Positions 1 through 14,610 of a stretch of 64,000 nt of DNA are shown here, one piece after another (the first letter of the stretch is position 1; each line of letters opens with the position of its first letter). A program made the position numbers and the translations under genes. Source of the stretch: Chrysomallon squamiferum (lineage: Eukaryota > Animalia > Mollusca); contig CM022666.1 of assembly GCA_012295275.1 (NCBI GenBank), forward strand, positions 15,128,001-15,192,000, given 5' to 3'. The notes beneath the pieces were generated by a model. The model did not search any database and was not told the DNA's origin. It worked only from the letters and a program-made list of their open reading frames with translations.

Positions 1-1288
1 TAAAATAGAGAAATACTATTTATATGATCATACTTAATTTATCATATTAAAACATTTTATAAAAGAAATTATGCTGCTGAATATAATTTTTTTTTTTTTT
101 TTTTTTTTTAATTGTAATAATAAAAGATATTGTTTTTAAATAGTATTTAAAAATGTAGCTAAATGTTTAAACACTGTTTAACAGATAATTAAAAATATGT
201 TTTAATATGTGTATTATGATGTAGAGCGTTACAGTATTGAAAAAAGTAGTCAAATACATACATTTTTTTAAAACACTGGCTTTTATGCTTTAAAGTTGTA
301 TAATTGATAACAGAATAAGGAAATGTTGTGCTCTGTCTATTAGCAAAATACATAGTATTGAATTTTTTGTTTTTAAACTGCGATTTAAAAAAATGTTTAA
401 TTATTATTTATATAAAAGATAATAAAATATAGGAATATTGTACTATTACAATATCATGCCTAGTTACAGAGTTGAAAAAAACACTAAATGTAGCTGAACA
501 TTTAACACTAGAAGAATATATATATATTTTTAAACAATGAAATACAGGAATATTGTTGTGTGTGATAAATTCATCTTCAGTGCAGGAATAAAATAAAGGT
601 CCCAGCATGCATAGAGGCTCAGATCAGGCTGATAAATGGAGGAATAAAAAGTAATTTAGACCATAATGGTGATTTGACTGATAGCACAATCTGAGTCATA
701 GAGTGAAATAGAAAATATTAATATTAAACATTTTAATTTTTTTTTTAGACAAATATTTGTCGTGTTATACTGTTAGTGACAATAAAGTTATATTTTTGGG
801 GTGTTTTTTCTTTCCTAGAAATGAATTTACTAAAGTGTTACAGTTAGCGATTTTATCATAGATTAAATTTTATCATACTTTCTTAGCCAACACAGCAAAT
901 ATGTGGAATTTTTTTGAATTTAAGTAGACCGATCATTTGAGAAGTGAATCTACATCTAAATATGAATTCCATTTATTTTTCATATATAGCTTGCATATAT
1001 AGTCTGCAGGATTTTTAAAATAATATTTTTTATAATTTTGTGCATAACCTATTGTTTGTATATGCACTAAAGTCTGAAAAGATTTTATTATTATTATTTC
1101 TGCTGCATGGAAAAAGTTTCATAATTCTGAATTCCAGATAAGGCATCCTCAAACTGTGTGTATGCATGTGTGTGTGTATAATCATCTTCTTTTATCTGTG
1201 AGAAAAAGAAACAAACAGAATGTGTGCTTCATAATCATATTTATTTAACAGTGTTTGTTTCTTCAATCTTTTCTAATAATTTACTATG

Positions 1289-1389
<101 letters not shown>

Positions 1390-2708
1390 GCTCTATCTTC
1401 CTGTCTAACATGTACATTGATGTTTGAAGTACAGTCAGTAGTAGGCTGTTGAAATTTAAGCTTGTACAGATGTGTACACATCCTGTAGTGTATTACATCA
1501 CAATACTAAATCACCTGGACAATTTGTATGTTTCCATTGTAACAAATTAATTCATGCAGGTAATGAGGTTTTGGGTGTGTTTGTGATTCATTCAGCCACC
1601 TTGAAATAACAATAACAATAACCTGTACACAAACACACACACACAAACACTGAAAAAATAAATCACACCTATTGTCTTTTTTTCTAACAGGTAAATAAAA
1701 AATGACAGGTAGAAAACTGCAGGTGATAAATGTTGTTATTGATTTAATTGTCTTGTTGATTACCTGGCAGTCTTCTTGTTACAAGTGGTAATGAAATTGA
1801 CTGATAGGTGATGACAGCATTTAGTTAGTGCAAAGACTAAACTCAGTCAATCCTACTCCAAACATTCTTTTATATAATATATATATTACCTTGACTTATA
1901 AAACAATTGTAATTTCAAAATAATAATTATTAGAGCCATTCATAATGATTAATTAAAAATATAATATCTGTTTGTAGTTACTAATTATAAATCTCTGGGC
2001 ATGTCTGATTCTGAGTGTCTGTCTGTCTGTCTGTGTGTCTGTCTGTCTGTGTGTCTGTCTGTACTGTGTCTTCAGACCAAACTCTAATAACAGATACTTT
2101 ACTTATTTCAAATGCAGTGTCTTACAATAGTCTAATTAATTTTAATGATTATTTAACTTCAATTTATTCTTTTCAGCAAATTAGACTCTTGTTATAGTCT
2201 GACTAAATAATAACAGCTTACTCTTTCTTGCTATTTATAATTTTATTTTTTATTTTTTATTTTATTTAGATTGGGCTTCTTTTTCTCTGTGCCATAACAG
2301 TATAAACAGTATCAGTTAATTTTCATTTTACAACTCTTTTCTTCTCTTTAGTAGTTTAGGCTGAACTTTCTCAGTTATAGTTTGACTAAGAAATAGCAGT
2401 CATTGTAGTCACTGAAAACTCTTTACTTTTCTTTACACTGGACTGTCTCTCTCTCTTTCAGCCCGAACATGTTTGACAACTTGTAGCTGTCTGATTCATG
2501 CTGTGTCCATTTAAATAGGTTTACTGTGGCCTCTGCTTTGTGTGTGTTACATACTTCTGTCTGTCTGTCTGTCTGTCAGTTCTCTCATCGGAGGCCTGCT
2601 TTGTGTGGCTGTGTACATTTCCTCTCAAGCAATTATCTGCTTTCTTTGTTCATCTTAGTCACACACACACGTACAGGAGGTTTACCACGTCTATACTGCT
2701 CAAAAAAA

Positions 2709-2742
<34 letters not shown>

Positions 2743-3238
2743 GGACATTGCAGTATTGTCAAGTGAAGTAATATATTGCTTTGTGAAATATATGGAAATG
2801 TATTGTATAGTTATTGGAAAAAGTAGGACATTGTAGTGTGGTGGTTTTGTTTTTTTTGGGTTTGTTTTTTGTTATATATATTGAAATAGATTTTATTCTG
2901 CTCAGAAACATCTAAATGGTTTAGTTAAGAAGGGCTGGATTTAGAAAGTGTTATACTTGTATATGAAATAGCACATTGCTATGTGATGTTGTTTTTGGTA
3001 AGATGTTTCAGCTGAATAGAAATCTTAATTTTTTTAAAATTTCTTTTAAATGTTCATTTAGTCTCAAAAATGAAAACAGTCAGATGAGGTGTGTTACATA
3101 ATAGAAGAGTTTGTTGGATTTGAACTGAATGAATTTTGTGTTCAACACATTTTTTAAAATTTTAAATGTATGAGACTGTCTGGGTACAAGCCCTTTTCTG
3201 AATCACTCCATGCCATAACTTAAGTAATAGTCAGCCTG

Positions 3239-3730
3239 ACACTTACACCTGTACTTACACCTGTACTTACACCTGTACATACATCTGTACATACACCTGT
3301 ACATACACCTGTACATACACCTGTACATACAACTGTACATACACCTGTACATACACCTGTACATACACCTGTACATACACCTGTACATACCCCTACATGT
3401 GGGTAATTTAAAGTGTTCATACAATGTTCATAATCAATACAAATACATTGATTTCATGTACATGTACATACTTTTATGTACATACACCTGTACTTACACC
3501 TGTACATACATTGTACATTACCCAGTACATACACCTGTACTTACACCTGTACTTACATCTGTACATACACTTGTACATACACCCGTACATACACCTGTAC
3601 ATACACCTGTACTTACACCTGTACATACATCTGTACATACACCAGTACATACACTTGTACATAGGCCTACATGTGGGTAGTTTAAAGTGTTCAGGTAATG
3701 TTCTAATCAATAAAAAGACATTGATTTCAT
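3239..3730. repeat. 14-bp minisatellite (TACACCTGTACATA-type) in two blocks, each followed by a copy of a ~65-bp spacer
   Basis: Arrays at ~3239-3390 and ~3478-3662; spacer CCTACATGTGGGTA.TTTAAAGTGTTCA...ACATTGATTTCAT at ~3392 and ~3667. Confidence 0.95.
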
Positions 3731-4069
3731 TGTAAGCTTTTATGTTAGCAATACACCTGGAAATGTAATTGTACATTCCCTTGTAATATTATTTTTAAAT
3801 AGTGCTGTTCTTGTACACTGGGCCATATACAAATGTAAGTCTACACTACTACAGAAAGAATGAATGATAATAACAAATAGTTAGAAATTAGTAGTACATT
3901 GTTTTGATAATATTTTGCCTGGTGAAAACCAGTAGATATGTATGATATTGTTATGACTGTATGAAATATTTCATATAATAAATATAATTTTATATTTATT
4001 TATTTGAATTTTATTTGAAATGCCTTTTTATTTCCTTATTTTAATTTAATTTAATTTTATTTTATTTTA

Positions 4070-4121
<52 letters not shown>

Positions 4122-4902
4122 GAAGAAGAAAAAATTCAAAAATTTATTTCTGATAAAGAAATATGCACTGTGATGCAAGAGTTGACTAATTCATTCAGAT
4201 TTAGTCATCATTAATTGATTAATTTCTTTTGAGATAATCAAAAAAAAAAAAAAAGATTTCATGACAAGTTATTCAAACTATTCTACCACACTAAAACTTT
4301 TTTGATTCATTCATTCTGCTTAACTATTTTTGTTCAGTATAACTAAAATATACATTCATTGATTATTCCATTAAAATAGCACTAAAAGTGACAAACTATT
4401 TTTGTTCAGTATAACCAAAACGTTACACTTTAGTCATTTCCATTGTGACAGCATTAACTGTTTTTGTCCAGTATAACAAAAAAACCCCAGCACTATGCTT
4501 TAACAAATCTGAACTTTGACCTCTAGAAATAACACACAGTTATTGGTAATGACAATTAACTAATTTATACAGTCTGGTTTCTGTTGTCCTGTCTGTCTGT
4601 CTGTCTGTTGTGAAAAATAATCTTTACACTGTCCACACATTTTGAACATGAGTCCACTGTGAATACAGTGAGTCTAGCTGCTGTCGTTGCAGCTGAGAAC
4701 AGAACAAGTAGTTCTTGATTTGTGTTGTGTTTTTCACACTAAGAAGGATGATTGTTTGTTTAGTAGAGTGTGTCAACACACTGAGTGAGTGAGATCAGAA
4801 TTTAAATTGTTACTGTCCCTGAACACACTGTGATCTTAGGATTGGTTAATAGTCTGATTTAGAAATATTTTATTTTTTTCTAATTTATATATTTATTGTA
4901 AT

Positions 4903-4905
<3 letters not shown>

Positions 4906-4988
<83 letters not shown>
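4906..4988. repeat. (CT)n microsatellite
   Basis: Uninterrupted CT run. Confidence 0.98.
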
Positions 4989-4992
<4 letters not shown>

Positions 4993-5264
4993 TACATACA
5001 TATATCCCTTTTCCAGTGTTTTCTCAGTTCTTTTTCCTTCTTTCTTTCTAATTTTCCTTCTTGCATTGTTTAACAATCACCAGACTTTCAAATACCTGTG
5101 TTTGCTTTGTGAGTAACAGAAGAGAAAGAAATTCACCATTTAGCCAACAAGACAGACACATTATTGAGAACAAAGTACAAACATGACAGACAGACAGACA
5201 GCAGACGTGATTAAACAGGACAGACTGATCTGTCACTGAGATTGGTCACTGCTAGAAGTACATG

Positions 5265-5317
<53 letters not shown>

Positions 5318-5457
5318 CATTAGTTATCTGTAGTGACTGTCTAGCTATGCATGTTATACAAATCTGTCTTTGTATGTTAGTAATACAGGAAGTTTGAGTG
5401 ATTGCATCAGAATGTGTGTGTGTGTGTGTGTGCATACATAACACATAGGTACATACA

Positions 5458-5493
<36 letters not shown>

Positions 5494-6984
5494 TATACAC
5501 ACACACACACACATATACACACAGACATTATTTAAAGATATGTGAGTTCATTTATGTGTAATAAGAAATATGAATATGTATGTTTGTGTTTGTGTGTGCA
5601 TGTGCATGTGCATCTATCTATCTATCTAACTATGTGCATAAATCTATATAATCAATATATCTATATATCCACATGCTGTGTTCTGTTGCATAATGATTTT
5701 TGTACATTTTGTTGGGTTTAAGCATGCACATCATGGACACACACTCTTTACAAGCCATCCCCCCATCAGTGACAGTTATTTAGGAAGTATAATATAACAC
5801 GTATATAACACATACACATAAATACATTTTTTAAATCTGTACATGATTTCTTACAGGGTTGTATACATACACATAAACAAGTATTATCTCTCTGTGCCAA
5901 CACCACAGATATGTCTCCTTTTGGCAAGAACAATTTTATCTCCTGAAGCATTTTTCACTTCCAAACAGTAGTGCCCTGCATTATTTAATTTACAGTTTTA
6001 TGTGTTTGATATGTTATAAATATTACACAACTAGTTTACAATGTTCTACACATTACATAACATGTTTTTAAATTAGTACATAAGAGTTACTGTTAGTACT
6101 TTTGTTTGATGTGAATGTCATGTTACATGGTTTTGTGTTCTGAATTATTTAATTTATAGTCAGAATATGATGTATATAAGATATATGCTAAATATTACAT
6201 AACAGTTTTAGTATGTGTATGTGTGTCTGTGTCTCTGTTTGCTTGTTTATGCATGTTCGAAGTTACAGGTGAAATACATTATGTTCTGTTCATCAAATAA
6301 AAAAAAATTTAAATTATAGATTTTTAATCTTACTGAGACATATATAAAACTTTTTATGGTTTCCTATCCAGGTTTTTTTACATTCTTTTTCCTGTACTAA
6401 ACTACACAGTTTTAATTATCATCATCATTATTATTATTTTTATTATTTTTTCATTTACAGTTTTTAATCTGTGTTTGATTTTATTTATGTATATATGCAT
6501 TTGTATCTGAATTCCAAAGATGTAGATGAAATCAATTTAAATTTAAATTAGACAGTTTTCTTTTTTCAAGTATCAGACTATTTTATTATTAGTGTTAGTG
6601 TTATTGTTATTCTATTATTATTATTATAATTATTATTATTATTATTATTATTTGTAGTACAGTAGTAGTACAGTATTGTTATAATTGATGTTGTTATTGT
6701 TGTCATTACTTTATTTTTAATATTATTATGATTATTATTATTGTTGTTGTTACCATTATTAATATTATTACTACTACTACTACTACTACTATTACTACTG
6801 CTGCTACTACTTTTGTTATTATTCAATTTTCTGTAAGAAAATTTAAATTATAAAAAAAAAATATTTACAAGTTATATTCTACATGATAAAAATCAAACCA
6901 CACAAACATATATTTAATTTTAGTTATGTTATTATTGCAGTAATTATAGGTACTCATTGCAGGTGATAATTTATATCTTTTTGT

Positions 6985-7500
6985 TAACTTTACCTGTAAT
7001 TTTTCAAGGTAAGCAGAAATAACTGGTCTCATGTTACTAGACAGTAATAATTATTTGCTGTTAATTTCAGGTTGAATAGATTTTTTACCTTGTACCTGTA
7101 ATTTTTCAAGGTATGCAAAAATACCTGTTTTCTAGTTTGCTACTGCATTACAATAAATAACTGTTATTCTTTACTTCTATTGTTAATTAACAGACAGGTA
7201 TGTGTTTTTCCTTGTACCTGTATATTTCTGAGGTAAACAACAACAACAAAAATCTATTTTCTTTTGCTTTCACTCTGATTCAGTACACACTTTGTCTTCA
7301 AAGACATTGCTAATTACCAGTTAGATGAGTAATTTTATTTTTACCTGTTTATTTTCAAGGTGAGAAAAAAAAAAAAACCTTCTATTTTTCTTTTTACTAC
7401 AATGATAATTATTTTTTCTATACCTATTGTTAATTACCAGACAGGTATGTGTTTTTACCTGCACATTTTCAAGGTGAGTGAAAATACCTGTACTCTACAG
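6985..7500. repeat. Old diverged tandem repeat, ~100-125 bp x5
   Basis: TACCTG...TTTTCAAGGT core recurs, with GT at 7009, 7111, 7233, 7360 and 7474. Confidence 0.75.
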
Positions 7501-8029
7501 CTGTAAGGTAATTGTTATTCTCCGTACCTGCTAACGATTGTTTGTTAGTAAATACTGTCTTAAAACATGTGAGAAAAAACAATTCTTCTGGATTGGTGAT
7601 AAATATTTTTCTTTTTTGTTTCGCACTGGAAAATAATTTGCATTGCAGACATAGCACCTGCTTACAGAAATAGGACATGCAGACACACAGACACAGATAC
7701 ACAAACCCATACATGCACATGCACCACTGGTTTTTCATGCACAGACATCCATAGCGGCAGGTATTCATGTAAAGACATACGATGGTATATAATATGTTCC
7801 TAAAATATACAAGTATAGGTCATGAATGTTCACTGTTATGTCATAGGTTTGTAAATATGTTGTTGTTACTATTATCATTATTATGTCTTTATTGAGCATG
7901 CAAACATACACACACACAAGGATACAGATATATGGGAATGAATATTCATGTGTATGTATTTGCTTATGACATTAATGACTGTATTTTTTATACAGATCCA
8001 TGCATATAATTATACTTACATACCTATAT

Positions 8030-8745
8030 TTACCTTGATCAACATTTACACTAATATACTAATATAACTTGTTTGTATTATATAACTTACCAGTAATTAC
8101 CTTGATCAAGATTTACAGTAACACAATTTATTTGTATTATATTTACCTGTGTTTACCTCGATAAAGATTTACACTAACATAGTTTATTTGTATTATATTT
8201 ACCTGTGTTTACCTCGATAAAGATTTACACTAACATAGTTTATTTGTATTATATTTACCTGTGTTTACCTGATAAAGTTAACATAGTTTATTTGTATTAA
8301 AGACCTGTGTTTTTACACTAACATAGTTTATTTGTATTATATTGACCTGTGTTTACCTCAATAAAGATTTACACTAACATAGTTTATTTGTATTATATTG
8401 ACCTGTGTTTACCTCGATAAAGATTTACACTAACATAGTTTATTTGTATTATATTTACCTGTGTTTACCTCGATAAAGATTTACACTAACATAGTTTATT
8501 TGTATTATATTTACCTGTGTTTACTTTGATAAAGATTTACACTAACATAGTTTATTTGTATTATATTTACCTGTGTTTACCTCGATAAAGATTTACACTA
8601 ACACAATTTATTTGTATTATATTTACCTGTGTTTACTTTGATAAAGATTTACACTAACACAATTTATTTGTATTATATTTACCTGTGTTTACTTTGATAA
8701 AGATTTACACTAACACAATTTATTTGTATTATACTGACCTGTATT
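8030..8745. repeat. 56-bp minisatellite, ~12 copies
   Basis: Unit ACCTCGATAAAGATTTACACTAACATAGTTTATTTGTATTATATTTACCTGTGTTT; AGATTTACAC at 8165 and 8221 gives period 56. Confidence 0.97.
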
Positions 8746-9255
8746 TGAGTAGATTTACACCTGTAACTTCAAACATGACTTAATGTTATCTGTAAACTCT
8801 TGAGTACTCAATAACTCAAACAGCATTGCTTGTTGCAGCCACAGAGCAAACTTTGCAGTTTAAAAACCATTTGTACACTTTTCTGTTTGACTTTCTCAGT
8901 TGAGAAAACATTCTGTGTAACTCCACATATCTGCTCTGTTTGGTTTATTATTTTGCAATGGAATTTTTTTTTTTTTTTTTCTTGTACGGTTTCAGAAGTT
9001 TTTTCTTTTATGAGCCTTAGGTAGAAATGTGTTGTTTTTTTTTTTGTTTTTTTTTTTTTTTTTTTCTTTATTTTTTTTTTTTTTATTTTATTATTATTAT
9101 TATTTATTTTTTTTGTAGTCTTTGGTAGAAATATTTTATTGTTACAAACCTTCACTAGAGAGAAAACTAGTTTAAAAGAAATCATTTCTTATAGAAGCTT
9201 TCAGCAGAAACTTTTTAATTTTTAACTACCAAGGAAGAAACTTTGTATTATTATT

Positions 9256-9295
<40 letters not shown>

Positions 9296-9380
9296 TTGTT
9301 TTTTGTTGTTTTTATTGTTATTATTATTGTATTACAAGCCTTTGTTAGAAATGTTTTTTTAATAATGAAGAAAATTTGAA

Positions 9381-9482
9381 CAAAACATTCAGTTGAGAGT
9401 TGTACAAAACATTCAGTTGTAAGTGTTACAAAACATTCAGTTGTAAGTGTTACAAAACACTCACTTGTAAGTGTTACAAAAC
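9381..9482. repeat. 24-bp tandem repeat x4
   Basis: CAAAACATTCAGTTGTAAGTGTTA-like unit at 9381, 9405, 9429 and 9453. Confidence 0.9.
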
Positions 9483-9512
9483 AGACTGTTTGTTTGTTTG
9501 TGCCAGCCCACA

Positions 9513-9540
9513 GTTACCTAGCAACTTGTTGCTAGGAGAA
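9513..9540. promoter_or_regulatory. Paired RFX X-box-like motifs
   Basis: GTTACCTAGCAAC (9513-9525) fits GTNRCC(N0-3)RGYAAC and is followed by an inverted GTTGCTAGG. Confidence 0.5.
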
Positions 9541-9981
9541 GATGACAAAACAAAGGGGTGAGATTCACATTCTCTCAGCATTTGAGGTTAAAGCAGAAAC
9601 TTGTGAAAATAACAAATCTCTTTGAACTGCATCTTAAAGAGGTTCACTCTGTTGCAAAATTTTAAAGGCAACGAGTCAGGCATGTTTCCAAATGAGAAGA
9701 AAAATTTGTCACATGGAAATGACAGAAAGTCTAAATTAGACGGAGAAAGAGAGAGGCTGAACACAATTAATGAAAGTTTGTCACATGGAAACGAGAAAAT
9801 GTTTAAATAAATAAAGAGTAAATTAATGTGTATTAATTAACTGACCTGTAATACATTCTATTATTAATTCTAATATTAATGATACTCTGTGATCTGCTCT
9901 TCTTAATCAGCAGAAAATATGTACTGTTTGAACCTTCCCACAGACAGGGGTGTGTCTTTCGTGTTCTTTAGTAAATCGTGA

Positions 9982-10035
<54 letters not shown>

Positions 10036-10926
10036 CTGGTAATGTTTGGTTTCCACCCACCTGTCTGTGATATTATATCAGTCGAATAACTCTGATATCT
10101 GTCAGTGTGTTTATATACACAGATATTCCTCAATCAGCAGATTTTAAACAGTTTTGTATGTGTGTGAAGATTCTTTCTATCTTGGTTAACATTAAGAAAA
10201 AAGTATATGTATATTTATATGTATATGTATAGGTATATTTATATGATTATGTGTGTGTGTTCAAATTCAAAACTTAATGTGAACTGTTTATTTGTCTATG
10301 GGTTTGTGTATGTTTGTCTGTATGTATGTTTGTATATATTTATGTATACAAGTATGTAGATACATACCTATTTATTGTGTATACTTATAAATGTATTCTG
10401 TCTCTTATAAATATAAGACACACATACACACACATGCATGCACATGCACACACACACACACACATACAAGCACACACACACACAAACACACACACATTTG
10501 ACCTCTGACAGACAAACAGACACACATATTTCACACATCCCAGGTAAGTTTTTTACGCTAGGTAAGCAGGTAACAGGATCTGTGTTACTGCAGTCCTGGG
10601 AAAGATGAGTGAACGGTGAGCGGTGAGCAGTGAGGCAGTCAGTCACAACTCACTTCACCACAACACTCCAACAGAGAGCAGTCACATCAGTGACTGTGGG
10701 AAAACTAGACACAAAGACTTCCCCCACACCTACTGTACCTGTAGCTATGACAACGACTGGTTTTATTTGTTTATTTACATAGTGTAACTTGTAAGTGATA
10801 TCTTCAGACTGGGGTGTAATAACAGTTGTCATAGTGATAATGATAGATTTTACTGAGTGCATTTTCGTTTTTGTATTCATAATAATAATAATTTACTTTT
10901 TTGGGACTATCAGGTTTTTTATTACA

Positions 10927-10985
<59 letters not shown>

Positions 10986-11641
10986 GTTTTATTTTTTTAT
11001 TATTTATTATTATTATTATGTTTATAGTTATCTTGAAATTTAAAAAAAATATATTTGATTCATCATTCAAAAATATCACTGTTAGTATATATGTATTTGC
11101 TTGTCACCTTGTACACACACAAACACACACATACACACACATACACACATTCTGTAAAAATATAACTTTATAAAATAATTTAAAACAAATTTTAAAATTA
11201 TAAAAGATTACATTAAAGGACTTTAATTTGTTAAGCATGACTTGCTATCATAATGAATAGTTAAATATTATCATTAGTCATTAACATCTGGAATGATGAT
11301 GATGATCATCACATTCTGTACACTCACATCATCAGTTATGATGATAATCATTACAATCACAGTAATCAGTTGTATTGGCCTCCATTTGTTTTTTCAGTCT
11401 GCTACTAAATATAACATAATTACTTTATATAAAAAATCAACAAAAAAAAAATCAATTGTCCTAATTCTTTTTCTCTTCTATGTTTAGGTTATTGTAAAAT
11501 TAATAACTTGATTAATTCTTGCCTGAATATTTATTGGATTTTATGTACCATTGTCATTCACTCAGAAAAAAAATGTATGTATGAATGTATATGTACTAGT
11601 GTATATGTGTGCGTGTGTGAAATGTGTGTGTGTAATATGTA

Positions 11642-11681
<40 letters not shown>

Positions 11682-11687
11682 TCTGTG

Positions 11688-11750
<63 letters not shown>

Positions 11751-14180
11751 GTATGTATATAAAAATATGTATATGTGTTTATATATGTATGTATTCATGC
11801 ATTTTTGTTTTTTGGTGTGTGTGTGTGTATGTGTGTATGTGTTTGATAAAAAGATAAACGAAACATACAGACCACAAGTTGAGGTACATGAACAGTTAAT
11901 GACTGTAATTTCAAGTACATTAGCAGTAAGCACTTTTCCATCAGAATTAATGCACGTTTATTGTTTAATTATTCACATGAGCACTCATGTAAAAACTTCT
12001 TTTTATCCCAACTAAATGTGTGTTACATGTTGTATTACATGTACATGTGTGAGTTACATCTATGTGTGTATGTGGTACATCTTGTATTACATGTATGTGT
12101 GTGTGTGTTACATCTTGTATTACATGTATGTGTGTGTGTGTTACATCTTGTATTACATGGCAGTATATTTTCTCTTTGTGCTAGAGAAATGACTTTAATA
12201 GCTGTGAGAGAAAATCAATGTACTACCTAACAATCGATGAATGCCTCAAACAGTGGCTCAGTGAGATAAATAGCCAGAACATTAATAAAGAATTTAATTT
12301 TAAATATATATGTATGTCACTGTGTGTATGTGAGAGTGTTTGTGTGGGGCTGTGGGTGGGTGGGTAGGTGTGTGTGTGAGGGTGGAGATCACTCTCTACT
12401 GACAACACTTTTAAACTGTGGTTAAGTAGAAATACACAGCATCCTGGTATCATACTGGACTTGAGAAAAGTGTGATACCATGCAGTGAATACTGCAGACA
12501 TTCAGTTTTCAGTGTTACAACTTGGCTCACTGTGACCACTGACCACGTTCTGTTAGTTATACGTTGAATGTGCTGTGTCCTTTATTAGTCTTAAATATAT
12601 CACATCATTAGCGTTGTTAATTTCACCATCAGTGTTACTCATGTCATCAGAGATTTGTTAGTTTTCTGTGACATGTTACAGAGTGTCCTTTGTAACCCCT
12701 CTTTTCAGCACCTAATCAGAATAACACATTTGTATGTGTATATATATAAATGTGTGTGTGTTTTGTGTATGTGTGCATATATATATGTGTGTGTGTGTGT
12801 GTGTGTATTATATATGTGTGTATGTGAGTTAATATATATATAAACTCTTCACATATACTGTTCTTTGTCACAAAATTTTATTTGCATCTTTCTTTACAAG
12901 TCTCAGTTCTTTTCGTTAAACTTCTGCCTGGTCATTTTGGGCTGGTACACGAAATGTTTTAATGCTGCTTGTGGGTGTGTTTAACTTTTTGCTTTCTTTC
13001 GTTAGAAATCTGTTGATGCACATACAAACAGCATCTTTATTTTCCAAAACTATTTATAAATTATTTGATGTACTGTTTGTGTGTTAAGAAAAACCCATCA
13101 AAACATCGCTGAAATTTTAAATCTATTATTTACATTTATTTATTTTTATCAGTTTATAATTAATCAGATAATCAACACAGTAAAATATATTAGGCTGAAT
13201 AATAATATATATATATATTTTTTGTTTTAATTTTTTTAATATTTAATATAAATTTAATTATGTGCCACAATAAGAATATATCATAATTTATTTATTTTAA
13301 TTGTTTTTCTATCTAGTTTAATATTTTTCTAACAAAAAATTTAAATTTTATTTATTTTTTTATTTTTTTATTTAGGTTTTTAAATATTCTTTTCCATTAA
13401 AATCTCAGAACTAGGACTTCACACTAATTGCATTATTATTTTATTTTGTTTTTTCTAGTTGTTAGATATTTATTAATTTATTCCTTTCCTTCCAAATTTA
13501 AAGATTATTATTCTGTAACATTTTTCAGTCCTGTCCTCAAATTCAGTTAGTGATTTTAGACCCATTTGATGTTCAGTTTCATATGCATTCTTTAAACTAG
13601 AATAAATAGTTTATAAATATTTACAACTTGGTTTAATGTGTTAATACATTTTAATTGTTTTGCCAATAAAAACCTAACATACAAGTCTCAACATTTTTCT
13701 CTTTTTGTTTCTTTCAGATTTTAGAAATATTTTTTACCTTGGAAGACTAAACCACAAGCATTCTCATGACATCTTAGGATCATGTGACCAGCTTGACCAA
13801 TCAGAGGCATTGAAACAAAGATGCATCCTAAAGTGCATCAGCTCACCAGTCAAAAAATTCCTTTTGTAAAATGAGCACGTGTCGGAACTGGATATTAGCT
13901 GTCATTGATGTGGGTTTTTAACAAGAGTTTCGGAAGATTGATTCTGTTAAATAAGTGCTCAGGACTGAGTATTGTAGACAGAAAATAGATTTATATTCTA
14001 TTTTAGTTTGTATTATTTCAACCAATGATTTGAAAGAATGTATCTTTTTGTATACATGTATATATTTATATATATATATTTTAATTATTCATTTGCAATA
14101 ACTGTTTTCAAATACATTCTTGGAAATTTATGTATTTAAATGAATTATTTTTTTATTTTGTCTTTTATTTTTGACTTTGA

Positions 14181-14230
<50 letters not shown>

Positions 14231-14566
14231 GAGCTATTTTGTTCTTATTTGTTTTCATTCTTTTTTCTTTCTTTTTCTTTATTATTTTTAATTTTTGTTG
14301 TTTTGATGTATTTGTTATGATTTCACTGTTAACCAGATCTCCAACCTGTAACAAATTACCTGTTTTAATTGTTTTGTATTTATCAAAAATAAATAAAGCA
14401 TGTTTTTAAAAACAGTTTGTTAGTTCATATGGCAAATACACACAGACACACACTGAGATATCCAGACAGACAAAAAGAAATCTAAATAGAAAGAATTTAA
14501 ACCATGTACAACATTTTAAAAATTAAATTAACAACTGAATTCTTCTTCTTTAAATCATTATTATTA

Positions 14567-14610
<44 letters not shown>

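Noticed and set aside
13740-13760. TGGAAGACTA matches the first 10 nt of miR-7
   Set aside because: The match stops at 10 nt and no hairpin arm is visible.
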